DNA of 62,696 bases, filler included, from Stramenopiles sp. TOSAG23-6 (Eukaryota): the NCBI GenBank assembly GCA_900128565.1. It is 7 parts of 7 records of this genome, joined end to end, with 100 filler letters (N's around TTAATTAATTAA, not from the genome) between each part and the next. Parts side by side here need not be neighbours in the genome. Positions count along the whole stretch, not along the records: positions 1 to 11,901 come from LT636230.1; positions 12,002 to 23,891 come from LT636231.1; 5 more parts are not named here. One strand, 5' to 3'. Numbering within the stretch: position 1 is the first letter of the stretch; each line of letters begins with the position of its first letter. Under the pieces are notes generated by a model. It was not told where the DNA came from and searched no databases. It saw only the letters and a list, made by a program, of their open reading frames with translations. Shown piece after piece: positions 1-12,003 of the stretch. The translations under genes and the position numbers were made by a program.

Positions 1-2
1 CA

Positions 3-1322
3 AAGCCAAAATCAAAAAAAAAGGAAAAACAAAAGAAAAAGAAAAACAAGAAAGCAGCAAAAGCAGAAGCAAAAAAAAAAAAAGAAGATGAGGAAGAATG
101 GTTAAACAGGCAAGTAAAAGCAGCATCTCGTGCAAGAGAACAATTAGCTAGACAGCAAAATGCCAAAATAGCACAATTAGCTAGAGAGAAAAATGCCAAA
201 AGTTTGTTTCCTCTTAGAGGTGCAAGGTTTGAATATGAAATAAAAAGGGACATTGAAGATCAGAAAATTATTGACACGATGGTAAAGGAAAAATATGCGA
301 AAATTCCCATGGAATTTGCCGTAATTACATTTTTCTTCTCTGATGCAGTTGATGTATTTATGAGCGGTTTGAAACAACAAAGAGATGTATTTGTGAAGGG
401 ATCGAAACGAGAAAAAAGACAAAGATATATTCCGGATCGTGCGAAGGATTTTAGTTTCGATAAAAAGGTGACATCTAAAGATTTAAAACTTTTCTTGGTT
501 CATGAAATTGGTGAAAAAGTAGTGAAATTTCTTCCTAAAGTCAAAGAGGATATGGATGAAGAACTATCACAAAAAGGAATGTCCGATGCTGATGCGAGAC
601 GTCTCTGTAACAAGTTCATTGAATATGTGATACAAAATATTTCTGATGCAGAAGAAATTACTGGTAAAAAGCCAATGCTTCAAAAGACTTTGAATTNACA
701 CGGCGAGAGCGACCTTTTNTTGAATAGAGATATCAAAGCTAATATATTAAATAGTTTTGATGTAATTGCAAATGTCTTACAACAGAATATGCACACAGAA
801 CCGAATATGCGCACAATGAAGTCAAGTTCTCTACCACATGTGTGGTTACGCCAGATGAAACGCCCAGAAGTTGCTGTTCGCCTTAAAGGAAATCAACAGT
901 ACATGCATTCAAGAATTGACCCGGCGATCTTTATATTTCATTTTTTGAAGCTTCAAAAAAAAAGTATTTTTCATCAAGTCTTTGAAGTCCCAGACCAAGA
1001 TAGAGACCCNAAGGATCAAANTATTCAATTTTCTGCACCCATTTATCTGCATTTCTATCGGCAACGTCGGGAACAAACAATGATGGAGGGCCTACCACTG
1101 GAAAGTTTTATTGACCTTTTACAAGTCTTGGGTGATACNCCAGCGAGAGGTGCAGTGCAAACGACACCTGTTCGTCTTGAGCCTGAACCACTACCNCCAN
1201 AAGAAGCAGCTCGTCTACAAATATTGAGAGGNGCAAGTAAATCTACTGTTACAACTGCATCATCAAATGAAATTNCAGAAGCAGTGTCTGTCCNTGATGG
1301 TGAAAGTTCTACTGAAAAATAA
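3..1322 (+). CDS. Hypothetical protein, 5'-partial, Lys/Glu-rich N-terminus
   Basis: Frame open from the contig start to the stop at 1322; no recognisable domain. Confidence 0.6.
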   Translation, partial: KPKSKKKEKQKKKKNKKAAKAEAKKKKEDEEEWLNRQVKAASRAREQLARQQNAKIAQLAREKNAKSLFPLRGARFEYEIKRDIEDQKIIDTMVKEKYAKIPMEFAVITFFFSDAVDVFMSGLKQQRDVFVKGSKREKRQRYIPDRAKDFSFDKKVTSKDLKLFLVHEIGEKVVKFLPKVKEDMDEELSQKGMSDADARRLCNKFIEYVIQNISDAEEITGKKPMLQKTLNXHGESDLXLNRDIKANILNSFDVIANVLQQNMHTEPNMRTMKSSSLPHVWLRQMKRPEVAVRLKGNQQYMHSRIDPAIFIFHFLKLQKKSIFHQVFEVPDQDRDXKDQXIQFSAPIYLHFYRQRREQTMMEGLPLESFIDLLQVLGDXPARGAVQTTPVRLEPEPLXPXEAARLQILRXASKSTVTTASSNEIXEAVSVXDGESSTEK

Positions 1323-1375
1323 TATATTTCAAGTTAATAACAAGGAAAACAATATAATTTATGTATAAAATTTTA

Positions 1376-3043
1376 CTAATTGTTGTCATCATCTTCACTA
1401 CTTTGAAAACATTTAAAACACGCTCTAAATCTTCCCTTGGATCTTTTTGTTGTNGTTTGACGAGGTAATAGTGNGGCATGCAAAGAATCAATATCTGTAT
1501 ATTTCATATGCTTTACTTTTTNCCGTGTTTTTGATTGTTGGATATTTGGAGGTACTACTATTGCAGAAGTTGCTTTTTTCATTTCCCCTAATATCCCTTC
1601 ATACGGATTTGGCCGTGCTGGATTTGAGTAGGTATAACATTCGCGTTGTAATTCTTCATCTTTGGTATGTTTGGCGGTCCACAGTANATATTCAGAAATA
1701 GATCTGTACATGACATTTAAGTTCATCAATGCATTCAGGGATGCTAAAAAATCTGGTTTATTGCACTCTCTCATTAGATTGAGTACTTTGTGTATTTCAA
1801 GACTCTTTTCGGCAGTTTCAGGCGTTTCTTTCAATGAAGATATATATGACTGTAATCGANCAATATTTNTTTTCATCCATGTAGTAAAAGCATCTGGATC
1901 AAAATGTGTGACATGTTGCGTATCTACTACAGAGCTTGAACCCCCATCAAAGACATACAGTGAAAGCATAGGTTCAGATATAAGTGCCGATCCTAGGGGG
2001 AAACTTATTGTATCAAGAATGACCATCGCAAATCCCCAATGATCCCACGCGTATGCAAGACTAGTTCTGTCCGTAGTATTGGTTTGTCTTATTGAGCCTC
2101 GAATGAAANCTTCTGGTGGCATAAACCTTGTAGATCCAACCTTCTTCAGTTGCCATTCTGTTGTTTCTACAGATAAGCCGAAGTCTATCAAATATGCTTT
2201 TTCGTGATCTTCACTAAGAACAATGTTTTCAGGTTTGAGCTATAGTTTTATGACATATTTATTAAGTATTTNGTAATTAGAAGGATTTATAATAAGTACA
2301 TGAAAATAAACAAAAATAATTATAAAAGATAAAAGGATTATCAACATTGAAAAGCAACAAAATGGAAAACATACGTCTTGAAAAATGATACCAATATCAT
2401 GCAAGCATTCNATTGCAACAGCAATTTGTCCAAGCCAATTTGGTAGCAGTTTCATAAATGAATCAATCTGGTGTGCAGAACGAGTGAATTCAAAAAGGTC
2501 ACCACCACCATAAAATTCTAAAAGCATCATATGGTTACCATCTTCGTCTAGCAATTTGAAGTCATTTCTTTTTTTGGAAGCCAAGCGTACAACATGCGGA
2601 CATCTTTGAGCACGTCGAGTCAATTCGATTTCTTTTCGGAAACGAGAATTTTTCATAGATATTGACTCATNATCCTCATATGGGCTATACTTAAATTTTT
2701 TCAAAACCATTACTTTCTTTTTGGCAACATCACGTACTTTTAGAATGATTCCTTGAGAACCTTCGCCAATTTTGGAATGTTTCAATAACTTTGTCAATTT
2801 TCGGCGGAAAATCTGAGAAGCAAAAGATTTGACATGGTTCGGTTTGATTTCCTGCAAGATTTTAAATCGTTGTGCAATATTCGAATACTGAAAAAGNCTG
2901 GAGTTTATTTTATTATAATTGGCATTTGCCGTTGTTTCTTTAATCGATGTTGGGTCTCCCGTTATTTCNTGCGACTTTGAAAGTATAAAGAATATATGAA
3001 GAGTCAATANTATCAACGTGGGTTTACAATGAATTTTATGCAT
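1376..3043 (-). CDS. Ser/Thr protein kinase with hydrophobic N-terminus; exons 3043-2375 and 2239-1376
   Basis: GEGSQG loop, VLK, IIFQD|LKPEN rejoined across canonical GT-AG intron 2374-2240, then DFG and GSTRFMPPE. Confidence 0.85.
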
Positions 3044-3502
3044 AGCTAANGTATAAAGGTAGAAGATACCTCAAATATGTACTATTTTATTACAAGTATG
3101 AATGATAAAATTGTTGTGTAGTACCGAAAGCCAATTTTAGTGCATGTGGTGTGGATAGCCAATGAATTTGACAGCAGCATCATTTTGATGATTTTAAATT
3201 TTTAATCGAAATGAAATCTCTCTCTCTNACGGTAATTTNCGCGTGTATTAGATGTTATGACGTGAATTGATGTTTTCAATTTTCGGTATCTTTATTTGTC
3301 CTTGACAATAATTAGTAATACAATACCCTCATTGTTTTCATATCGGTTCACATGGAATTTTCAAGTAATATAAATAATTTGAAGTNTTTTTTTNAAGATT
3401 TCTTTATTTTTAAAAGTTGCTTTAGTTCAACTTTTAGCNACAAATTTAACTAAAAACAAAGCACGCGTTTCGAGACTCTTTTATTGCAGTTATTAGAATA
3501 CA

Positions 3503-4264
3503 TTACGTATTTAATGAATAAGCAAGTGGAAACTCAGAAATTATTTGAGCAAGATACTCATTTGCTATACATCGATTGCACACTTTTTCTCGAGTACAAG
3601 TTTGGCACTCTTNATTCAGTGCCCCATAGTTATCTTGAAAATTCACCCTCATAAATGTCAACAAAAGACCTGATATACTNTTGCACTCATTGGCAAAGAA
3701 TTCTACCGATGGATCTACATTCATATATTGATCTGCTGCTCCTTCTTTGCTTTCTTCTGATTGAGCTAATTTGCGCAAACTTTGCTCTTTCAGTCGTAAA
3801 ANTAAAAGAAGGCATTGCAATTTTAAAGTACTTTTGTGACTGATCATTGTTCTATCTCTTGCAATTATACCTGGAATAAGTGAGCTTAACTGTTTCGAAT
3901 CAAAAAAGAAGAAAAATGCCCTAGGAGAGCGCTTTGCTGCTATCTCTAAAATACGCTTTCCAGATACATGTGCATAAGGTCGAATGTCATCTTCTACAAA
4001 GAAACCATTGTGAGGCACTCGTTTAGGAGATCTTCGCTTGTTTGTACCAGGTATTCTTCTCTCATCACTTGTATTCTTATTATTTGTGAAGCATGNACGA
4101 CTAACACTTTGATCGCGTACCTCAAGATACCAAAGAATTGCAGTTTGTAAAAACTGCCGACTAGCAATTTCAGTTACTGGACAACGCTCTAGAATTTTTT
4201 CTAGTTGAAGCTTTACTGAAAATTCTGGTTCNGGTGAAGATATTAAATTGTTTAAAATATCCAT
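3503..4264 (-). CDS. Hypothetical protein with C-terminal CxxC...CxxC
   Basis: 253-aa ATG ORF. Confidence 0.55.
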   Translation of the reverse strand: MDILNNLISSXEPEFSVKLQLEKILERCPVTEIASRQFLQTAILWYLEVRDQSVSRXCFTNNKNTSDERRIPGTNKRRSPKRVPHNGFFVEDDIRPYAHVSGKRILEIAAKRSPRAFFFFFDSKQLSSLIPGIIARDRTMISHKSTLKLQCLLLXLRLKEQSLRKLAQSEESKEGAADQYMNVDPSVEFFANECXSISGLLLTFMRVNFQDNYGALNXECQTCTREKVCNRCIANEYLAQIISEFPLAYSLNT

Positions 4265-4575
4265 TATAGCTAATACATCAAAAANCCCTTTAATGTCATA
4301 AAACAGAGAAAATTCAGTGTATTACAAATACAGTTTTGTACACACGGTCAGATGCAAATTGCGGAAGATCAGTAGGGTATCAAAAACTTTCCAAGAAATT
4401 TTTTTGACCGTTTCNANTTCTCTCGATATGGAACNAACCTGCTTTTTTNAAAATGGATTCAGTCAGTTTCGCGAAAGCAATGACTTCTTCTCTCTTCCCC
4501 GTGTGCCGTCCCTGTTTGGTGTTTGCTTGTGGTGTTTTCTGTTGTTTCTATTACCTCTCAAAACAAATACACAAA

Positions 4576-5255
4576 ATGGTACAGACTAAACGCAGAAGAA
4601 ATTACCGCAAAACTTTCAAGACTCCTCGTCGTGCATACGAAAAGGAGCGTCTTGACCAGGTATGTAGAATCTATAACAACGTCTCCACATTGCATTGACT
4701 ATTTACCCACTTTTCACTTTTTTACTCACCCTTTCTTCTTTTATTATATTTCACTCATTACAGGAATTGACCTTATGTGGTGAATTCGGACTCCGTTGTA
4801 AGAAAGAAATCTGGCGTGTTCAGTTAGTTCTTGCTAAGATCCGTAAGACTGCACGTCAGCTTTTGACTCTTGACGATAAAGACCCAAAGAGAATCTTCGA
4901 AGGTCACTCTCTCATGCGCCGTCTCGTTCGCTACGGACTTCTCGGAGAAGATGAACGCAAGCTTGATTACGTTCTTCAGCTCGGAACACAGAAGCTCCTT
5001 CAACGTCGTCTTCAGACTTTGGTAGCTAAACTTGGTCACGCTAAATCTATTCACCACGCACGTGTGATTATTAGACAACGCCACGTCCGTGTTGGTCGTC
5101 AACTCGTCAATATTCCTGGATTTCTTGTTCGTCAAGATTCTGAACGCCACATTGGATATACTATGAAATCACCATTGGCTTCTTCCCAACACTTTGGTCG
5201 CGTTGCACGTAAGAAAAATGCTGCTGCTGCTGGAGGAGATGAAGACGATGAATAA
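4576..5255 (+). CDS. RPS9: 40S ribosomal protein S9 (uS4); exons 4576-4659 and 4764-5255
   Basis: [40 protein letters not shown]...AKSIHHARV; canonical GT-AG intron 4660-4763. Confidence 0.97.
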
Positions 5256-5294
5256 GTCGATTTTCGTACGCAATTTCGTACTTAATGATTCCAT
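5256..5294 (+). mobile_element. Miniature 39-nt introner-family copy directly after the RPS9 stop codon
   Basis: GTCGATTTTCGTACGCAATTTCGTACTTAATGATTCC-AT: family core, GT start, CC-AT end. Confidence 0.5.
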
Positions 5295-5881
5295 CAAGTT
5301 CGTTTGAAAGTTGTTTTTTTTGGTAAGATGAAGTCATTGTGATGGCAAAATTTATATTTATAGAAAGANATCAAAAACNATTGATGTGTTATTGTGTATG
5401 TTGTTTACTACAACTTTTTGTAGTGTATTTGTTCAACATTTTTTATTGAAATAATAAAATAATCTGAGGTTTTCCTCGTGTTACCCGGTAACCAATGCTA
5501 CACGAATGTTGATGTGCATAGTATAGTTGGAAACAACTTTTCTATGATTATAANTACATTTCGTTGAAGCATTGGTTATGTCTGCACACACTTGCTTATA
5601 TTAATCCTATTTGGATGGCCCTGGCACGGCACTTTCCCTCTTTTTTTNTTTNTNTTTNTNTTTTNCTACCAATTTTTAGTATACAAATCTGTTTTTTTGN
5701 CAACTTTTTCCCAAGTATAGAAATGTATTTTTTTTTGTATTGTGTGTGTTTCAACAAGTACTAGGTATATCATTGTTATAGNAACGTAAAGAAGTGGATT
5801 ATGATTAAACTATATGATACATATTGTAGAAAGGGAAGTTGACGATTACAAAACTGTAGTAGGGTTAGGGTTCTTTTTTAG

Positions 5882-5940
5882 GTAATGAATTTTCGTACGA
5901 AATAAATTGTGCAAATATATTATATTTTTCCAAAATATCT
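5882..5940 (+). mobile_element. Degenerate introner-family copy, possible UTR intron
   Basis: GTAATG...TTTTCGTACGAAA...ATTTTTCCAAAATAT-CT. Confidence 0.45.
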
Positions 5941-6099
5941 TTTTGCCATTTCAATTTTCAACGGATTTGTTGTAAATTCTTTTCTTCTTCTCTACAACTT
6001 TTGTAAGAATAATATTGATGTTCTTGAGTCCATAATTCTGGTGCGCGTCTCATTATATAGAATTAACCAAGTGAAATAGTTAAATATATTTATTAGCAT

Positions 6100-7020
6100 A
6101 TGAATACATTGAATGATTGTAGTGGCAAACATAAAACTCTTGCACTTCAAAATGAAACACAAATAATGTCAAAAACCTCGACAAATACTACTTCTATTCA
6201 CTATAGCAGTGAAAGAAATGATACATATAAAAAGATTCCAAAGCATTTCAATACCAATACCATGAACGTTCGAAATATCTTTGTCAACACGGATAAACTT
6301 ACGAGGATTGATCGTGCAAAGAAAGATAAATTATGGTCAAGNGACGTATCACCTCTATACAAATCAAAAAATCTCATGTTTGGGCGAAGAAGAAGAGAAA
6401 ATACTTCTGTAACAAATACAGAACATGTAAATNATATTAAGTTTACTAATACAAGTCAGTCAACATATAGATCTGCATTTCAATATAGTCCTCGAATGCG
6501 AAAGCCGAAAAGATCTATAGACGATACGAANACTTCAACAACAAAAACACAAACAAGACAATTTAAGGCTTCTTTAGACCCATTGAATATGTTGGTTGTT
6601 GATAATACACACAATACTGATAATAATATACGCCATACACTATTATCTAGATCAAAATATTCGCGCATGAAAAGACGACGAATGCATTCCACATCAACTG
6701 CTGTGGAATCCTTGAAAAAAAGCGAGGAAGATTCGACATTTGTTAATAACGAACTTCATCTTTTCAAAAATCAAAAGAAAAATGATACAAAAATGAAAAA
6801 TAACAGTGGGGATATGAATGATAAAGATGAAATCAGTACTCAAAAAATAAAAGGTAGAGAAATGCATCGATGTAAAGGCCGAAATTTTTTTCCTGAAGAG
6901 AAAATGACGTCACTAATCAAATATGATGTAGTAACAACTAGTCCGATTTCGTGTAAGAATCATTCTATCTTATGGAAAGGTTTGTCAGCTATGAAAATTT
7001 TAACCCCAACAAGCTGTTAA
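6100..7020 (+). CDS. Hypothetical basic low-complexity protein
   Basis: 306-aa ATG ORF, rich in T/N/K/S. Confidence 0.55.
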   Translation: MNTLNDCSGKHKTLALQNETQIMSKTSTNTTSIHYSSERNDTYKKIPKHFNTNTMNVRNIFVNTDKLTRIDRAKKDKLWSXDVSPLYKSKNLMFGRRRRENTSVTNTEHVNXIKFTNTSQSTYRSAFQYSPRMRKPKRSIDDTXTSTTKTQTRQFKASLDPLNMLVVDNTHNTDNNIRHTLLSRSKYSRMKRRRMHSTSTAVESLKKSEEDSTFVNNELHLFKNQKKNDTKMKNNSGDMNDKDEISTQKIKGREMHRCKGRNFFPEEKMTSLIKYDVVTTSPISCKNHSILWKGLSAMKILTPTSC

Positions 7021-7127
7021 AGCATACAATACAATGATTCGTCATTAAAAAAAAAAAAAAAAATGATTGTTTATTTGTATACTTATAGCACAATATATTA
7101 TATATGAGTGGATGGTTGAGCTATTAA

Positions 7128-7185
7128 AAAAAATCATTAGGTACAAAATTTCGTACTAAAAAAAAATGAAATTCATGATGCTTAT
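7128..7185 (-). mobile_element. Intergenic introner-family remnant
   Basis: Minus strand reads CATCATGAATTTC...TAGTACGAAATTTTGTACCTAATG. Confidence 0.55.
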
Positions 7186-7548
7186 ATATGACATTTGTGA
7201 AAATGACAAACAAATATCTGTTTTGTTATGAAAAAATATATTTTTTTTTTAATAAACAGAAAGAAGATAAAAAAAACGTCATAGAAAAATTTACACAAAT
7301 ATATAACAAACATCATTCTTTTATGTCACTACGACTTTTGTTAGTTAGATATCATGCTGACCGGCTGGCCTACTCGGTTCTTCTTTATAACCATAGCGAT
7401 AGCTAGAAAGAAACGCCATCGATTTTGACAATTTGACACGCGACACGAGTTCGAGTTCAGTTCGAGTTCTTATTTTCTTCTGGGAACACATCTTCTTGAT
7501 CAGTATAATCGTATAATCTTGTAATTATCTACCATTACATCCCAAGTA

Positions 7549-8496
7549 ATGAAATCTTATGAATTATTTTTTTTATTCTCACTATTATATGGGATTCGTC
7601 CATCATGTGTACAATCAAAAACCATTAATGAGAATGACACATTTGGTACTTTTACTGCTTCAAAGTGTAACCTCAAACGTGTTCGAGAAAGTCTCCTAAT
7701 TATATGGAAACAACATTATTTAGAGTCCCTTGCCGATTCTAATTATTTAACATCAAAGTATGATGATGTCGTTTATTCTGATCCAAATGCACCATGGTTC
7801 CAACTAGATCGAGAATTTAGCTCAAATATAGCAGGAGAAACTGGTGCTGTGGGTATTTATTTAGGTGCTAAAACTGGACTTCTTCATCGCAGCATCCTTC
7901 AGAAACAGTTCGATAGGTTGTATGGATATGTATGGTTATTTGAATACTCTAAAAAAGACACCAAACAATTTGATGTAGCTCCTGAAGTTACACGCTTTAT
8001 TGAGGAACATTTAAAGACAGAAAGAAGGCATTTAGANATATTTCAGAAACTTCTTCCCCCAGAAGAAGGAAAATATACTCAGTTATTGTCATTATGGNCA
8101 ACATTTGGCTTTATTCTTGGATATTTACCAACAATGATTTGTGGACATAATTGTTTATTCCATACTATTGATGCAGTTGAAACTTTTGTTGAAATACACT
8201 ATAATAATCAAGTGTTATTTTTGCAAAAATATGTAGAAAACAAAGATATAAAAAGTAAAAATAATATTTTTCAAAGTGAATGCCTTGAAATGAGTCATGA
8301 TGATANCCCTCAGTTAATCACGTTGTTGAAGAGCCTTCAACTAGAAGAAATAAAACACAAAAATGAAGCACACTTTCATTGTCAAAATCTTCTGAGTGAT
8401 ACAAAAAGTCATATTTATAATAATTTAGCTATAATTTGGCGTGAAATTGTCATGTTTGGCAGTAGTGTCGCAGCTGACATAGCACGATATATTTAA
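7549..8496 (+). CDS. COQ7-like ferritin-fold di-iron protein (demethoxyubiquinone hydroxylase family)
   Basis: AGETGAVGIYLG, ERRH, AVETFVEIHY and EEIKH di-iron motifs. Confidence 0.75.
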   Translation: MKSYELFFLFSLLYGIRPSCVQSKTINENDTFGTFTASKCNLKRVRESLLIIWKQHYLESLADSNYLTSKYDDVVYSDPNAPWFQLDREFSSNIAGETGAVGIYLGAKTGLLHRSILQKQFDRLYGYVWLFEYSKKDTKQFDVAPEVTRFIEEHLKTERRHLXIFQKLLPPEEGKYTQLLSLWXTFGFILGYLPTMICGHNCLFHTIDAVETFVEIHYNNQVLFLQKYVENKDIKSKNNIFQSECLEMSHDDXPQLITLLKSLQLEEIKHKNEAHFHCQNLLSDTKSHIYNNLAIIWREIVMFGSSVAADIARYI

Positions 8497-8570
8497 TTAA
8501 CTCTAACCCTAATAAATTTTAAAATATATCTAGTACAAAATTAAATGTGATAAAATGCAATGCATATTAT

Positions 8571-10141
8571 TCAGTCTTGACAGGCAAATGGTTTATAGAC
8601 ACCAGGCGATCCATGTGATGATTCTAGCCCTAACCCTAACCCTGAACAAATTCCAACAACCAAAATTATGCAAAATCCAATATTAAGTAAAACATATAAT
8701 GACACGAAAGGAACTTCTAAAAAGCCTACTCTTAAATATAATAACTTATAAGNCATGAGAATTGTTCCACTAGGGAGTAAATAAAATATCACATTTTGAC
8801 ATAGGCCATAAAAGAAAGCGAATAGATCTGACACGTGTCGTGAAATATATGTCAAATTTGAGATTGATTNCGTACAGATTTTGGTACAAAACAAATAAAT
8901 TTGAAAAGAAAGATGAAAACATACATAAACGGTACGACACAAGCTAAGATAAAGCAAAATGATACTAGTAAAATTGTCATACTAAACCACTGAAATATGT
9001 CTTGTGTTTTTGTCACAAAATGAAAAACTCCTTTATAATGTAGCGTTTTTCTTATTATTTGCAATAGGACTATTTGACGTATTGTATAACCAACTATNAG
9101 ATTAACTAATAATATTATGGTACAAGTTTTCATGATATACCAATTTTGTAGTATTTGTATTAACGTGGACGGTGTTTTTTCACCCATAATCATGAATGCA
9201 AGGCAACATAAAGATATATAGGCTGCAATGATAATAATTAAAGAAATAAAAGTTGCTTTCGGAAAATCACGCGGTTGTTTCATTTCTCTGACAATTTCCA
9301 AGTAAACATCACAGCTAGAAAAAACAAATTGAATACCTAAAATAGCATACGCTATATCCCAGACTTCACTTTTTAAATTTTGATTATCATAGATAGCTTT
9401 TGGAGTTAGAAGATTCAACTTTTTTCTTTCATTCTTTCCAAATAAAACACCGGAACTCAAAACAAAAAGGATCACAAATGAAAAACAAGATACCACACTA
9501 AAGTATACTACATTCGACAGCTTCTGAATCTGTGCTGGTATAATCACACATAAGCACATTATAATNGTAGAAGTCGGTAAACAAATTACATATTCAGCTG
9601 TCANTTGAACTAATTTTCCCCCTAGTCGAAGATACAAAGACATCGTGTATATTAAATAGAAAATATGGAAAAAGTACACAAACGAATACCACTTTTTACC
9701 TAAAATTTGATACACTNCATCAGCAAAATTTTGCGCATTTGGAAAAGCAATATGAAATCGTGTAAATATTATACTTGTGTAAAGTGTGACTAGAAAGAAC
9801 GAAAAAACAACTATAAAACCGTATACCAAGCCGAGAGCTCTAAAGTTACCCATAATTGACATAACTCCTGCACACCCCAATATGTTACTAGATTGTAACA
9901 GAATGGTATCTAATAAATTATTTCCCCCCTCCCTTACTTTAGTATTGTTTCTTTGCCGAAAATGTCTAGACAATGTATAATTTTCAATGTGCTGCAACTT
10001 GCGTGAATCAACCACTTTCTGAGAATCACTACTATTCGTGTGAATATACTTACTATTGGACACTTCATGTGAATCATTNTCGTCGAGTAGTNGAAGAGAC
10101 TCGACATCATCATTTTCTTTTTGATGTAAAGACATTACCAT
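8571..10141 (-). CDS. Amino acid transporter (Aa_trans/AAAP); exons 10141-8925 and 8832-8571
   Basis: Multiple TM segments, EMKQPRDF; PFM|SDLF rejoined after removing 8924-8833. Confidence 0.85.
8833..8924 (-). mobile_element. Introner-family non-canonical intron, GT-GT (92 nt)
   Basis: at|GTATGTTTTCATC...TTCACGACAC-GT|g; restores PFMSDLF. Confidence 0.75.
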
Positions 10142-10508
10142 TTATCTTTCCCACTTTTAAAACGGAAGATTCGGTGTATTTTTCACTATTTTTAGAGGTA
10201 TTTTTTTTCGAAAATTTTTTTTGAAATTTTTTTTTTGAAAGATTTTCGCACAAACCTGTTTCACGTCACTCGNACTCAAAAAAAAATATTCAAAAAGTTT
10301 CAAAAAACGTTTCAGAATTTCAGAAACTTCTTTTGTGCTTTGGTACACTTTTCTTGTACTTAAAACTAAGAATTTTCTTTGAAATACCCTCGTTCAACTC
10401 TTTCGCNAAAAAGATTCAAGAAAAGCTATCATTGTTTTCTCCAAAAAAATTGACAATTGTTGCCATTATTAGTTTCCACTTGATTACGCCTTNAAAACAT
10501 CTCTCAAA

Positions 10509-11849
10509 ATGATGGATGATACCCTTATTGCAGAACTCGCTGAACCAGCAGAGACAAAAGTAACAGCTCCAGGTCATGAACTTCCACTGGCCACCCGCCA
10601 AGTAACAGTGTCTAGTGAAACTGATAATATATGGGAGGAATTAGGAGAAAATTCTCGTATATCTCATAATGAGACAAGACAGCAATCTGGTACACCTGTA
10701 GATTCGGTATCCGAAGGTCCTTTTGCTTTTTTTGAGCGTGTTCGTGAAGTTGTTTTGGGTTCTTCACCTGACAAAACTCCTTTTAATGACTGCGTTGAAG
10801 ACGCAGAAGACTTGGAAGCTCCGTACCACCCTGTATCAAATGGACAGCAACAAGGAAGTTGTGACAATCAGTGTACAGATTCCTATTCTCGTGAATTTTT
10901 TTCGGGTGTTCAAGATGTTCCTGGCACAGAGTCACTTCTTGGCGGAAACCGTCGTGTAATTGTGTCGCATGAGACAAATACTAACGGTGCTCTACGAAGT
11001 CTTAACTGTATACGTAATTCTGTACATGTTGTTGGTGATGGTATTGTTGGTGCAGGTGTTGGTCTTGGTATAGTTAGTGGTGATGCAGTGTCTAGTGATG
11101 AAGAGGACTTTATTGACACTGATAAGTTGACAGGATCAACAACAACCAGAAATATTGGAAATTCTACTGCTAGTGGAAAAGAATGGGCCGCTGTATCAAA
11201 TCTTGATCAATTCTTTCAAGAAATGTATAAGTATTACCGTGAGAAAGGATTCGTATGTATGGTTCTCACAAGACTAACTAATTTAGCATCATTAGCTTTC
11301 ACAATTGCATTCTCAACTTTTGTATTTTTATTTGTGAATTGGTCCAATTTACTAAAGTGTCACTCAGAAAGTTCTTGTAAAACTTTAGAAGAATACATCA
11401 CATTTGACTCTCTTACTACCATGTGGAATAACCCATATGCTTCAAGTCATTGGGAAAAAATTGTGGCTGGATATACCATTGTTTTTTTCATCCACTGGCT
11501 GTGGTCTTTTTTATCTTTTTTTCCGACGCTAAAATGCGCATTTGAAATGAAAAAATTTTATAGAGATAAATTAGGCCTTCGAACACGGGATCTTCAAACA
11601 ATACCATGGAGTGAAGTGACAAAGAGACTTGCTCAGTTACAATGTAATGGCGTTTATATAATGCAAATTAACAAAAATGATGTTAATGCGCATGATGTTG
11701 CAAGTCGAATTATGCGGAAGGATAATTATTTAATTGCATTATTCAACAAAAATATTTTAGATTTATCAATTCCATTACCCTGTCCAATCCGATGTGTGAT
11801 AGAAAAGTTATTGGGGAAATTAAATACAAAAATGTATTTAACAAGACAT
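10509..11849 (+). CDS. ATG9: Autophagy protein 9, 3'-partial
   Basis: NLDQFFQEMYKYYREKGF and AHDVASRIMRKDNYLIALFNK. Confidence 0.93.
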
Positions 11850-11901
11850 GTATGTTTTCAGGATCAATTTTAAATTTATTTATATTTCGTACGAAATTTT
11901 G
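11850..11901 (+). mobile_element. Introner-family intron truncated by contig end
   Basis: at|GTATGTTTTC...TTTCGTACGAAATTTTG then gap. Confidence 0.75.
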
Positions 11902-12001
11902 NNNNNNNNNNNNNNNNNNNNNNNNNNNNNNNNNNNNNNNNNNNNTTAATTAATTAANNNNNNNNNNNNNNNNNNNNNNNNNNNNNNNNNNNNNNNNNNN
12001 N
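11902..12001. other. Artificial contig spacer; also at 23892-23991, 35828-35927, 47763-47862, 59689-59788 and 61193-61292
   Basis: Identical N44-TTAATTAATTAA-N44 six-frame-stop linker. Confidence 0.98.
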
Positions 12002-12003
12002 CA

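Noticed and set aside
11946-11957. Recurrent TTAATTAATTAA palindrome
   Set aside because: Synthetic six-frame stop linker inside N runs.
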